The notes below the pieces were generated by a model that saw only the letters and a program-made list of their open reading frames with translations, did not search any database and was not told the origin of the DNA. Below are positions 1 through 11,880 of a DNA stretch of 64,000 bases, in pieces; the stretch's first letter is position 1, and each line of letters opens with the position of its first letter. The DNA comes from Vicugna vicugna (taxonomy: Eukaryota). The position numbers were made by a program, and so were the translations under genes. The stretch is from positions 2,296,001-2,360,000 of the forward strand of contig MU058009.1 of assembly GCA_013265495.1 (NCBI GenBank), written 5' to 3'.

Positions 1-262
1 TTCCCTCTTGTTGAAGTTGGATTTTTCAGTGTGTTTATGATCATTATATTTAATGCCAATGGATGTGGTATTGATTTAAAAAGTGCACTGAGCCTTTAAA
101 GGATGAAGCTGACTTTGCAGACTGGAGGTGACCTGTGGAGAATACTTTTTGCCAAACCTTGTGACTTCACTGCTGGGGAGGGATGGTTTAGGTGCCCCGT
201 GAGTGGGAAAGTGGCAGGAAGGAGTTATTTCTTAGATCTGATGACTGTTTTTCTCCATGTAG
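1..262 (+). other. BARX2: 3' part of the last BARX2 intron, with splice acceptor
   Basis: Sequence ctgtttttctccatgtAG directly precedes the coding exon. Confidence 0.9.
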
Positions 263-529
263 GTTCTTAAAGGTGGACAGGAAGCACCCACAAAACCCAA
301 AGGTCGTCCCAAAAAGAACTCCATCCCCACATCAGAAGAGATCGAAGCTGAGGAGAAGCTGAACAGCCAGGCCCAGAGCCAGGAGCCCAGGGAGCCCTCC
401 CAGGGCCAGGAGGGGATCTGTGACACGCAGGAACCGAAAGCACGCGGTGTCCCCTTAGAAGTGGCCGAGCCCCCCAGCCAGCCCCAGGAGTTGCCGGTAG
501 CCTCTTCAGAACCCCCACCATCAAGCTAA
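263..529 (+). CDS. BARX2: BarH-like homeobox 2, last coding exon (partial CDS; C-terminal 88 aa)
   Basis: Pyrimidine tract plus AG acceptor at 261-262. The phase-0 frame reads VLKGGQEAPTKPKGRPKKNSIPTSEEIEAEEKLNSQAQSQEPREPSQGQEGICDTQEPKARGVPLEVAEPPSQPQELPVASSEPPPSS* (TAA at 527-529). This matches the BARX2 post-homeodomain basic region and acidic/Pro-rich C-terminus as I recall them. Upstream exons lie outside the window. Confidence 0.96.
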   Translation, partial: VLKGGQEAPTKPKGRPKKNSIPTSEEIEAEEKLNSQAQSQEPREPSQGQEGICDTQEPKARGVPLEVAEPPSQPQELPVASSEPPPSS

Positions 530-1240
530 GATAAAGCTCCTTTTGGGGAGGGGGACTGGGAAGAAGGGAAAGAGAGAAGGCAGGGAGAACGGGGGGGAGG
601 AAAGCTTCCGGGAGCTGGGTGGCCTGGGGGAGACGACACCGCCGGCTCCCGGCTTCCTCCCCACAGGTCTCTCCATGAGCATCTGGGGAAGACTTGCTCG
701 CCTGAAAGGCGCTTTAGCCTCGGATGCCCCCGACTAAGGGAGACAGTGCCTTGGAACTGCCGGCCCCGGTTGGGGGGACGCCGCGGGGCTGCCGGGGTCC
801 AAGCCCCCCAGCGCGGTGGAGGGTGCTGTCTGCTCTCCCCCTCCAGCCTCTGGGCAGCCGGTCGTCAAAGCGGAAAGAGACGGAGGCCTGGGCAGCACGC
901 CCGGGTTCCTTGCTGACTCAGCACTTACTTCTGTCGTTTTCAAACAGAATTTAATGTTTTTGGTTGTTGTTGGCTTTTTTTTGGCAGTGGGAGGGTGGGG
1001 TTGGTGAGGGTGGGGAAATAGGATTTGGGGGAAGGGAGTTCTGAGTTAATAGAATAAAGTTTGTTTGTTTGAAGACACGCGTGCCTTTGTACCCATTATA
1101 AGATGGTCAGGTGACCCAAGAACTTGATAAACCTTGTTTTTCTTGCTTCATTAAGTTGCCATCCCTGAAGCTGCAATGCAGATACCTGCAATGTTAAGAT
1201 GACTTTTATTTTTTAATTAAAAATAAATCTTTCAAAAGGA
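530..1240 (+). other. BARX2: BARX2 3' UTR (end approximate)
   Basis: Runs from the stop codon to the ATTAAA/AATAAA pair at 1216-1227, which is followed by a GU-rich element. Confidence 0.75.
1053..1072 (+). terminator. Possible proximal polyadenylation signal
   Basis: AATAAA at 1053-1058 followed by gtttgtttgtttg. Confidence 0.4.
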
Positions 1241-1260
1241 CTGGGTGTGTTGTTTCTTCT
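1216..1260 (+). terminator. Main polyadenylation signal of BARX2
   Basis: U-rich upstream element, then ATTAAA (1216-1221), AATAAA (1222-1227) and GU/U-rich ctgggtgtgttgtttcttct (1241-1260). Confidence 0.75.
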
Positions 1261-4068
1261 GGGGAGAGTATTTAGCCCTTCTTGAATATGTCCTAAGGGA
1301 AGAGAGACCCAGAGATGGCCTAGCCCCCTGGGCTTTAATTTCCCGAGCAAGAACACTTACGACTGGGCCAGGCCACTGGCGTCCAAATACAGAGCAACCA
1401 AAGCAGCCCCAAGAGGCAGGGGAGCTGGGGCCCTGCTGGAGCGTCCAGCTTTAAAAGCTTCTTCAAAGAGGTGATAAAGCCATAGGCTTCAAAAATCAGG
1501 CTATATAAAAAGTCTTGCTTCCCTCCTGCCCCCTGTACCCAATCCCCTCATCCCCTGCAGGGAACCACCTTTATTGGGTTTTGTGGATTTTTCTGTATTA
1601 AGTAGCCATTAGGATGATGGCTGCAACTCTTAACAAAGGAGAATTTGAGAACTACTTGGCTACACGTGCTCTAGGATTCTGAACTTAAAATGATGTCCCA
1701 CTTTTAATAAGGCCAGGAAAGAGGTAGCTTCCAGACTTCTAAAATGAGAACTCTGACTCTGTTCTTGTTCCACTGTCCCACAGACCGGCCCAGAGGCTCC
1801 ATCCCACAGGGGGCTCTTTGTCACGGCTCCCCTGACATGTGCATTTGTGACGTCCACGGGGCAGGTGCCCATCTCGTGGGCTGCCAACTAGCAATTACAC
1901 AGGAACTCCCCAGTGTGGGCTTGGGAAATAGAAACTGACTTTAATAATGGCCTCACCTGGGAAGTCACACCTGTCCCTTGTTCTGCAGAACAAATCATAC
2001 CCTCTTCACAGTTAAGCAGGAACAAGCTACTTGTTTTCAGTAATCTGGCTGCTGGCTTCCCTCCATTAACGCGGACAGTTTGGACTTGGCCAAAGCAGTG
2101 CCTGCCTTCCCTTGGCCGTTGGGATCAACAGAGAGAAAAGTCTCTTTCTTAAACTCTCTGAATAGACAAAGGAGGTAAGGATCTGGCCTCTGAGAACCAG
2201 TCTGTGCAGACCGCACCCAGCCGTTTGCAGAGTGTCTTGCTCTGGGCCCGCGGGAAGCTGCCTCCCTCAGCTCCAGCCCACCCCACGCAGCTTTATGGTC
2301 TGCCTGCCAGGCGGCGTCCCAGCGGCCAATGTAAGCAGATGAGTCTGTGCCAGCGTGGTCCCTCCTGAGGAACTGTTCTGCCCTGTTCCCCACCCCAGGA
2401 AGGCCTTCATTCGGACGCTGTTCTCCTATGATGGTTCTCGGTCTCTGGCCCTGGGCTCTCGTACTGGCCGCCTCCTGCGTGTGTACCGTGACTGGCATCG
2501 CACAGGTACACACACCTGGCCTTCCCAAGCCTGGGTGCTGGGCACTGTTTCTGAACCCCAGCCCTGAGCTCCTGGCCTGCCATCTCTGGTATTGCTTCTG
2601 GGTCCTAAGGGTTCAAGGGATCAGTGGGGAACTTAAGAGCTTGGATTATCTCCCCTCCTGTTTTGGAAGCCCTGAGCCCAAGGTGACCTCCACTGACAGG
2701 CCCAGGGATTGTCCTCTGGCCTCAGCTCAGCACAGCTCAGCCCTGGGGCTCAAAAGTGGGCCGGGGCTGGGCCTTCCCAACGCAAGTGGGTACTGATTTG
2801 GGGCCGAGCCGTGCTCTACCTCCACCTCCATCCTTCCCTTCTCCCTCTAGTTCCCGAGCCTTGTGCCCGGCACCCAGAACCAGCCCCACAGATTTCTTAT
2901 GGGGCTCCATTTCCTCACTTTCTCTGCCTCCTTCTTGAGGGCCAAGTCCCCCCCAAGTCATCTACCTCTGAGGACCCTGCTGAGCAAACACGTTCCCTCC
3001 CTTCTCCAGCATCTGGGATGGTGATCCCTGAGGGGTCAGTCTTATTTTGCAGTCTGGTCACCTGCTGCTTTCTGTTTCCCAGAAGAAGGGAGACACCGAG
3101 GCAAACTGACCATGTGAGGAAGTGACCACACGAGGCTTCAGCCTCCTGACTTTTGCACCGTCTCTCCCTGTGAGGACTGGCGGGCTCTTTACCAGCACTT
3201 CTAGCTGATGCTGCCCCCTCGGGGCTGAGAGCCAAGCCCGGGAGCTTCGCGTGCCCTCCCTCTAGCCTTGGAAACCAGTCTGCACCTTTTCTGGGGACGG
3301 GGGGACAGGGGGACGGGGGAGGCTTCTAGCAGCAGTCTCCCTGCCCTCAGCTTTGCCCTGATGCCAGGTTCAGAGGGGGCCCTTGCCAGTGACATGGGGC
3401 GGCAGCCAGGGACAGCTGCTTCTGCTCCCACCGCCTGGATTCCTGGGGCAGGTCCTGGGCCCTCGGTGTTGGCTCAACAATGCGTGCGTATCTGGGGCAC
3501 AGCTCCCCCTGACTTACGTCTCCATCATGAACAAGGTTTGCTGAGACAACACTCACCTGGCTGGACTCAGTCCCCAGGGGGGTGTCACACTGCGAGCTTC
3601 CAGCCCTGAACTAGTCTGAACAGATCTCTCAGAACCAACCGGAAGTCTGTCTCAGAGACTGGTCAGTTCTAGAATCATCTTTGAGAGGGGGCTCTGGGGA
3701 CGTCGGTGACTTGCCCTGAGGGTTCCCCTGCCCTTCTCAGAGCCTTTCCACCCCATCCACCCGGCCTCGCCCCACACCTGGGCCGGGCCCGGGCTGGCGC
3801 TGGACCGCCGGGCACGAAGCGCTCTCCTCAACAAGCCGCGCTTGTCAGCCTGGGCACGTGCCGTCCACTCGGCAGCAAATGAGCAGGGACTTCGCAGGAG
3901 CAAGCCAGACTGTCCCCGGGTTCCCCCAGCAGCCCTCCTGCCTGGTCGGCCGTGGGGCGACTGCCTGATCCCTGGCCGTTTTCCACAGACACCGCCTCAA
4001 TCTTGCCCCCATCACATGTCACGTGTGACGGATCCGCTGAAGGGCGGGAAGCACTGCTCTGCGTGCGG

Positions 4069-4203
4069 ACACACACGCACGTGCACACACACGCACACAC
4101 ACAACTGTTTCTCAGGATCTCCATGCACTGAATTGCTTGTATGCCTAAAGCACCAAGGAGCTGCTGCTGCGCTGTGTCTAAATAGCCCCCTACCCCTGCC
4201 TGC

Positions 4204-4234
<31 letters not shown>

Positions 4235-4251
4235 GCACGCGCGCACACACA
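4069..4251. repeat. Two (CA)n/(CG)-containing microsatellites
   Basis: Alternating purine-pyrimidine runs at 4069-4103 and 4204-4251. Confidence 0.95.
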
Positions 4252-7200
4252 AACTCCCCTCCGCCGCCCTTGCCGAGCGCTGCCTCGTCCAGGCTTCTCC
4301 CTCCTCTTCTGAACATTCCCGTCCGGCTCTGGGAGGCTGCTCCCCAGCCTTGCCTGTGCCCCGGAGACAACGTCCTCTCCCTTCCTGCCCCGGTCCCTCT
4401 CCCTCTCCCTTCTCAGCATAAGAGTCTGAAGCTACCTCTTCCTGTCCCTTCATTAACCTCACCTCTGCCCCAGCCTAACCTGTTCATTCCTCTCTCACTG
4501 CTTCCTGTTAATGCATCCTTTGTCATCATCACTGTGGTCCTGCCATAGTTCCAGAGAGAACACGGATTTGTTTTGTCTCCCTGATAGAGCGTAAATTCCT
4601 TGAGGCTGTTTTTCAGTTTCTATGTTCTGAGTCTCTCTTTCTGCACGGAGACTTGTGGCCTCCTGCTGACATGGTTCCTGGCCCAGAGCTTTTGAGTTCT
4701 CAGCAGAAGGGCGGGTCCAGCTCCCGGCCACAAAGCAACTCTCCTGTCACTGACCACTGTTGGTACCAGCTCACTGGCTGCAGGGCTGGGAGACGAGAGG
4801 AAAAGCACAGCAAAGCATCTCTGTCGTTTGCAGAAACATTCCCACCACCCACGGGAAGCAGTGCCAGGCTGCTTCCACAGGGGCAGAGAGTGGGGGGCGA
4901 CAGGGGGCCCACACTTGGCGGGCTGCAAGGCCAGAGGTCAGTTCACACCCCATCTTGCCAACTCTTCTGGGGAAAAGGTGTTGACGGAGCTCTGGGGAGG
5001 ATGCCCTTGGAAGATTTTCCCCAAGGAGATCACAGGTGGGGTTGCAGCCAGCAGCCTGGGAGGAAGACACTTACCAAGATGTTTGTTTTAAACAAAATTA
5101 AAGTCCTGTCTAGACCCAATTCCTATCTGTAGCTGGTGGTGGGTTGGGAGACCGTGTGACGTGGCTCACGAGGCAAAGTTCAAAGATGGCTGAAGGGGGA
5201 TGAGGCGTTCTGGAGGATGAGGGGGACGAGGGGCAGCAATGGTGGGAAGGTGACAGCTGCCCCTGGGGCCCAGCTCTGAGCATCTTGGGATGGGTAGCAC
5301 CAGACACATCCTTTCCCCCTGCAGAGGGGGCATCTGGGAAAGACGGCAGCCCCTCGAGAGAGGGCCCAGCCAGGTCAGAAGCCAGCGCAGTCCTCTGCCC
5401 TCAGAAAGCAGGGTGCCCAGGGCCTTGAGGGGCCCAAGTGGCGTCCTCCCAGATTCAAGTCGGCAGGCATTTCCCCGGTGCCCACCCCGTGCTAGTGCTC
5501 AGGGCACGGAGGCTGGGGGCGGGGCACAGGGGACACGTCTCTGCCCTCAAATAAGACATCTTGCTGAACTTACACTTCAGTGAGTTTCAGAGCAAGGGCA
5601 GGGATTCGAGCGCGACTGTTGTGGTGGGTACACCTGCCCCTAGCCTGTGAGATGGCGTTCTTCCAAGGCAGGGAAGGTGACTCGTGGAAGACACATCTCC
5701 ACACACATACACCTCTAATCCGAGACCGTCGCCCAAATCCTGGGCAGAGGGTGATTTAGGGCAGCAGAAAGGTCCCGGTAACACCCCCCGAAATCCGGGT
5801 GCGGATCCCAGGAAGGACGGGGCTCGGCAGCAGCCTGTTTTGGCCTCCCTGCGTCCCGCACTCGCCTGGCCAGCGCGCAGCAGCCGCCGGGTGTGCGTCC
5901 TTCCTCCAGGTCAGCAGGGGCCAGCAGGGAGCGGGGCGCACCCTGCCTGCTGAGAGCGCTGGCAAGTCTCCGTGACAGGCTCCTTTCATACCTGACCTCC
6001 TTTCCTTCCCAAACCCTCTTCCCTTCTGTTTATTTTGGTTACAGATTTATTAGACACACAGTTAAGTGCCCATTTAGCTCTGCAAACTGTCATCACGCCT
6101 GCTTCATGAATAAGATCATTCACTGACAAAACCCTTCAAACATTTTTTAAGAAGAAGGTGGGGAGGGACGGGGGAAGGAGAGGACGGGGAAAGAGCGCCC
6201 AGGGCAGTGAGGGGGCCAGGAACAACCGAAACTCAAGGGCCGCCTCTCCTGCCGCTCAAGAATGTCATCACGGCCTCGGCGCCGCCTCGAGTTCATCCTG
6301 TCTGTCAAGACACGTGTCATCCCACCTGCAGGACGGCGGGGTCTAGAGTTCACTCCTTTGTCCTGGCTGTGTGCACCTGCTGTAGGTGGTGGCCCAGAAC
6401 CCCAAGGCCTGTCAGGCGAGTCCTCAGTCCACGTGCTGTGATCCGAACCCTCCCGGTTCGGCCAGGGCTCCCCTCCTCCAGGTGGCATTTCTTCCCAGAC
6501 ACCTGGGGGCCCCTTACCCACACCCACACGTAGCTCTGCCAAGAGAGCAGACCCTGGTCCCGGGTCTCCGTCCCTGACCCTATGCCAGGACCATTTATAT
6601 CATCCCATCTAACCACCTGGGCAGCCCACGAACACGGCCGCACTGTTACTATCTCCGCGCAGCGGGGGTGAAGCTGAGACAACGGCGAAGTGACTGGCGC
6701 TGCTCCCTAATGACCCCAAATCGGCCTGTGTTCCCGTCTAAGGAAGCTGAGGTGACAGCCTGATCTGAGGCTGGCAGACCCCTGTGTCCCTCAGCATCCC
6801 CGGCAGGGCCTAGGCCCCTGCTCCCACGCAGCTGTAACTGGGGCACCTTTCACACCTGCCCTCACAGTGTGGGGTGCAGAGAGCAGATCTCGGTCGGCGC
6901 CTCGAGTGTGAGCGATCAAGCCCTCCACCCGCCCGCCCGGACCGGCAGCAGTCCTGCCCCACCCCCTCTACTGCGCCCCCAGAGGCTGGGAATAGTCCTC
7001 GTGCTGGGCTGTGTGGTCACCTGCAGTGCCCTGGAAAGGGGGTCTCGTGTCTGGAGGAAGCTCGGTGGGAGGGGTCGTGTCTGAAGCAGAGTAACAGCCA
7101 GCGTCCTCACCACAGAACTAGCAGCAGTGCTGGGGACACCGGCTCCACCCCAACGCGGGAGGGTCGCGGCAGGAGCTGGCGGACCCTCGGCAGGGCTGCC

Positions 7201-7399
7201 TGGAGTGCCGAGTCCTCTGTTCTAGCTCCGACACGGGCGCTGCCCCGTCTCAGCCGTCCTGGGTGACCGCTGAGGTCCAGGCCAGCCCGGGAGCTCCAGT
7301 TCTGGACCCAGATCATCACCCCTCAGCCCCCCACCCCCAGAGCCAGCCTTCCTTTACCTGCTCCTCCCTGTCCTCCACTCCGGGCTGCTTCTGCAGCCT

Positions 7400-8030
7400 T
7401 TCTTTCTTTTTATTTGCAGTATATGTTCAGCGCAAGTAAATTCTGTAATATGAGAAAGTCACTATGAACCAAAGCACAGTTCACAGATACAACATAAAAT
7501 CAAAGCAGATGTTCAACAAGCAAATATGAAGCAAGAAGGAGGATTCATCACTTACACATCCAAAAGCTTGAGCTGTGCTGAAGCTGACTGTATTTTTTTG
7601 TACCGCTTTCTAAGGATGGCAAATATTTGCTTTTGTTACCAAGGCTACTGTGCCTGTCTGGACCCTGGAACAGTGTTCAGTCATGGCAATCAAAGTATTC
7701 GAGGAGTACCTATTTCTTTAAAAAAAAAGGTAAACACAGCGGCAACCGTACAAGACTTACTTTGCAGAATCAAGCCTGTTTTAGACTGAGTGTCAAGTTC
7801 TGTTTAAAACACTGGCTGACACACACTGTGCTTCAAAGCTAGTTTTATGCATACAGGTGAAAAAAAGTATTTCCAAAAATAGCATAAGAGAATTTTTGTG
7901 AGCTCAATTCAGGTGAATGTCTAATGTTGAATTTATCTCATTTTTCACTTCTTTCAAGATTTACAAAAAATGCTCAATGGACCTTTTAAATTTTTATGTA
8001 TTATTTTACACATGCTGAAATAAAAAGTAC
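7400..8030 (+). mobile_element. Probable degenerate hAT (Charlie/SPIN-like) DNA transposon, N-terminal part of the transposase
   Basis: Abrupt GC-to-AT shift at ~7400. The frame from 7415 reads CSIC...*ESHYEPKH (CxxC...HYxxKH zinc finger), later PISL..NTAATVQDL; a shifted frame gives DTHCASKLVLCIQ...NSIREFL. These motifs follow the order seen in Charlie-type transposases. Stops and frameshifts are present. Confidence 0.5.
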
Positions 8031-8959
8031 TAATTTAAAGTTATTTGGGGCCATATTTTTGTAGCTAGAAGAATCTGACTCTCTTCTGGGGAATCGAAAT
8101 GTGTAAAGGGAAATGCCCAGCTTGTAACCTTCTTGGCTCATAAGCAAGATTTAGTAATTAGCCTGGGTCTGGGGTAGTTTCCAGCCCCTCATTACCCTGG
8201 CACAGGTCAATTACTTTCAGCAAGTCAAATGCAAAACCCCAGAGAAAACAATGTAGCTCCAAGAGTACAGGGAAGGCTTATCAATGGAAACGTTTGTCCA
8301 GAGTAAGCCAGCACCAAACCAGAGCTGCGGAAACAACACGGAGCAGGTTCACAGCAGAAGCGAGGTTCCTGCCGCTGCACACACAGACAGAGCCCGGAAG
8401 CTTTCCATCCTCTCTGATTATCTTATAGCCATCTAGACTGATCCAAAGTGAAAGCTGAGTCTCCTTTCCACATTCTATTCTTTTATTCTAGAGGAAGGTA
8501 AAAATCTTTTCTTTTCACTTCCGAAGTGGAGTTTTGGGTGTGTATATTTCCCAAGCCACACTTAATATGTCTACATCTCTCTTCAGTCTTGGACGAGAAA
8601 TTCCATTTGCCAGAGTTAGCACTGCACCCACTGTCCAGTTAAACCCCTCAGATGTTCCTCAAACCAATCAGATTAAGGATTCTCAATATTTTATGAATCA
8701 TATTTGTGTCAATAAAATTAAGGGGTGAAATTTAGTAGATTTGGTAAGGATTTTTAAATTTCTTTTACTGCCATTCCAGACTTCAAGAAGCAGCTGTCTC
8801 AATTCTGGAAGATGGGGTTAGGGAAGTGTAGCTGTTTTTTGACCAGAGCCAAGGCTCTGAGTCCAAGTTTAAGGGCTGGTATGTCCCTTAAGTCTTTTTA
8901 TATCTATAAAATGGTCTCTCTTTCATCTTTTTTCCCACTTGCCAATTGGATGTTTTGTT

Positions 8960-9345
8960 TCTACACATTAAAGAGATTGACATCAGTATGAACCCATGAC
9001 ATATTTTATCTTTTAAAAAAGTGTTCCTAGCTCTGCCTTCAGAAAAGACCAAGAAACAAGGATTAACCCAGTGGCAGTGGAAACTCTGGACACCTAGATG
9101 ACGGCTTCCACGTTTTCTTTTCCCCCACTAAAAGAAAACCAGGACTCTTGGAAATGGCTCATTCTGGGTCTGGGGAAGGAATTCCATAAGGTTGTCTTGG
9201 GATGTCTGTTTGCATTGGAAGGTAGTGAAAATATTAAACACCACCAGGCCATGTTAAAAGGATGTAAGGGACATAGGAGCCAACTGGAAGAGGTGTCCAC
9301 TGACTAAAAGTGGGACAATGCGAGTATTGGTCAGAGTAATAACTG
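8960..9345 (+). mobile_element. Old L1 3' region (L1MC3/L1MC4-like)
   Basis: Contains ttcctagctctg...cccagtggcagtg...ccactaaaagaaaaccaggactcttggaaatggct...ggagccaactggaag...tgggacaat, resembling the L1MC3/4 3' consensus. Confidence 0.7.
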
Positions 9346-10340
9346 GCTATCTGTGTATCTTTTTTGGTGAGGTGTCTGTTAAGGCCTCTGTCCCATTTTT
9401 AATCAAGTTGTTTGTTTTCTTATTTTTTTTTTAACATTTTTTATTGATTCATAATCATTTTACAGTGTTGTGTCAAATTCCAGTGTTCAGCACAATTTTT
9501 CAGTCATTCATGGACATATACACACTCATTGTCACATTTTTTTCTCTGTGATTTATCATAACATTTTGTGTATATTTCCCTGTGCTAGACAGTGTAATCT
9601 TGTTTATCTATTCTACAATTTTGAAACCCCAGTCTACGTTTCTTATATATCTTGGACAGCAATCCCTTATCAGATACGTGTTTTACAAATATTTTCTCAT
9701 AGCCTGTGGCTTGTATTCGCATTCTCTTGGTCAGACCTTTTGTAAACAAGACGTTTTGATCTTAATGAAGTCCAGCTTATCGATTATTTCTTTCATGGAT
9801 CATGACGTCAGTGTTGTATCTAAAAATTCACCACCAAACCCAAGGTCATCGAGATGTTCTCCTGTTACCTTCTAGGAGTTTAACCGTTTTGCATTTTACA
9901 TTTAGGTCTCTGCCCCATTTTGAGTTAATTTCTATAAAGGCTAAGGTTCTGTCTCTAGATGCCTTTTTTTTTTTTCAGCACATGGATACCCAGTTGCTCC
10001 ACTTGACAGAAAGACTGTCTTTTCTCTATTGCACGGCCTTAGCTCCTTTGCCAAAAATCAGTTGCTTATATCTGTATGGAACTGTTTCTCCCTATTCTGC
10101 TCCATTTATCTATTTGTCAGTGCTTTTGCCAATACCATACTGTCTTAATTACTGTAAGCTTCATAATAAGTCTTGAAATCACGCAGTATTAGTCCTCTGA
10201 CTTTTTTCTTCTCTTTCAACATTGCCTTGGCTACCCTGGGTTTTCCACCTCTCCCATATACACTTCAGAATCAGTTTGTTGATAGTTAGAAAATGACTTG
10301 CTGGGATTTTGATTGGGATTGCATTGAATCTATAAATCAA
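9346..10340 (-). mobile_element. L1MC-type ORF2/3' fragment, interrupted by a younger L1
   Basis: Antisense L1 motifs: ggtgaggtgtctgttaagg, ttaatgaagtccagcttatc, ctgggattttgattgggattgcattgaatctata. Confidence 0.85.
9423..9637 (-). mobile_element. Young camelid-type L1, short 5'-truncated 3' end
   Basis: Poly-T, then aacattttttattgattcataatcattttacagtgttgtgtcaaattccagtg...tgtttatctattctacaattttgaaa. Possible TSD tttcttat at 9416-9423 and 9639-9646. Confidence 0.8.
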
Positions 10341-10599
10341 GTTGGAATAAGTTTTTTTTTTTTTAAAGAAGACAAAGATAAAATTTTAAAGGGGAATTTC
10401 AAGCATTGGACGTTTGTGAGGCTTTTCGAGACTACTAGTGCTTTTCAGAGATCTGTGATGCCCCATTACAGCTGGTGCTGGGAGACCACAGTTGTCTTTA
10501 CCATTAGTTGTGATCTGGAGGACTGCAGATCTCAGGGCAATTTCTCTGGGCCACTGAGTATGGGTTTTGCCTCAAGAAGCAGTTGCTGACCCAGCCTGG

Positions 10600-11880
10600 A
10601 TGCTCCTTCAGCCACTGTTCTCATTTCTTCTTCTCATGGTTGGGTTTCTTGAGCTGTCTAGACTCACTGTCCCCACATCGTCTCTTCCCATCCATTCCCA
10701 AACCTACCACATGTGGGCTTCTGCTGGCACTCCTCCGTTCTTGCTGGCTACTCGTGACTCTCTGATGGCCTCTCCGCGGGCCCCACATCATCAGCCACCC
10801 TCTCTCCCCTGAGGCTCCTCCTCTGTGGTCTCCACGTCCTGCTTCTCCCCTGCACTCCTGAACAACTTCTCCATCTCCTCCTCACACTCTCTCCCTCCAT
10901 CAGTGCACTCACGTTGACGTTCTCCAGGACTGGCCTCAGTCCTGTCTGCACCGGGCAAGCTCATCCTGCTCCATGGCTTCAGTTATGACCTATATTACGG
11001 GTTTCTCAAACCGCCACCTTCAGTCAGGGTCATTTTCTTGAGAGCCTCTACCTCCACTTGCCATTAGGATGCCATCAGCTAGATGCCCTATCGGTATTTC
11101 AGACTTGACATCAATTTTTTCCCCTTCCTCTCTCCTAATTTGAACTTGTTCTTTTTTCTGTGCTTTCTGATAAACAGACCACAACCACTCATATCAAAAC
11201 CCTGGGAGCTCCCCTCAGCTCCTCTCTCTGCTTTATTCTCCCACGTCCAAATAGCCACCAAGTTCTGTCAGTCGCTCTTAAATGTATCTTCAGTTGCTGA
11301 TTGTCACATCCACCTGGCCCAGGCCCTTATCATCTTTCACTGCTGCAGCAGCTTGTTAATCCATCTCCTGGCCTCCTGTCTTCCTTCCTTCCTACTCATT
11401 CTTTACTCTGCCCTAAAAGTAATCTTTCTAAAACACGTATCTGGACATGTAACTCCAGAGCTTAAATGCCTGTAAGGCCCCTGATATCCTGAGAGATAAT
11501 GTCTAGCTTGCCCCACCAGGCCTCCACGAGCCCTTCTTCCAGGTCCCAGGTTCACATTCTTCTCCAACCTCGCCCACCCGTCAAGAACCCCACTCTTCAG
11601 CCACATGAAAATGCCTGCAGTTCCCGGAACCCTCTCTGGAGTTTCAGGTCTAAGTTGCTTCTCGGTTTCTGATTCTTAAGATACCTGGCTTGCCCTGCCC
11701 ACCTGCTGGGCTCCACTATGTTTTCTAATTACTCATTTACATGTCTGTGCCCACCCCACCCCACATCCCCACCAAGACTATGAAGCCTTGAGACAGGTAG
11801 GAGCCACGTTCCACATTCGTCTTTGTTTCCCAGGAGCCTATCCTGGTACCTGGAAATGTCTGTTGAGTGAATGAATGTGA
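10600..11880 (+). mobile_element. L2 LINE, 3' portion
   Basis: Pyrimidine-rich L2 body with acctggcccaggcccttatcatct, taatctttctaaaac and terminal tgttgagtgaatgaatg. Confidence 0.8.

Noticed and set aside
290..316. KPKGRPKK AT-hook-like motif as a novelty
   Set aside because: It is the known conserved basic region following the BARX homeodomain.
4147..4167. REST/RE1-like sequence aaagcaccaaggagctgctg
   Set aside because: Only the left half-site partly matches; the GGACAG half is absent.
3828..4462. Overlapping ORFs with VCVCVC or HTHTHT runs
   Set aside because: Translations of (CA)n microsatellites.
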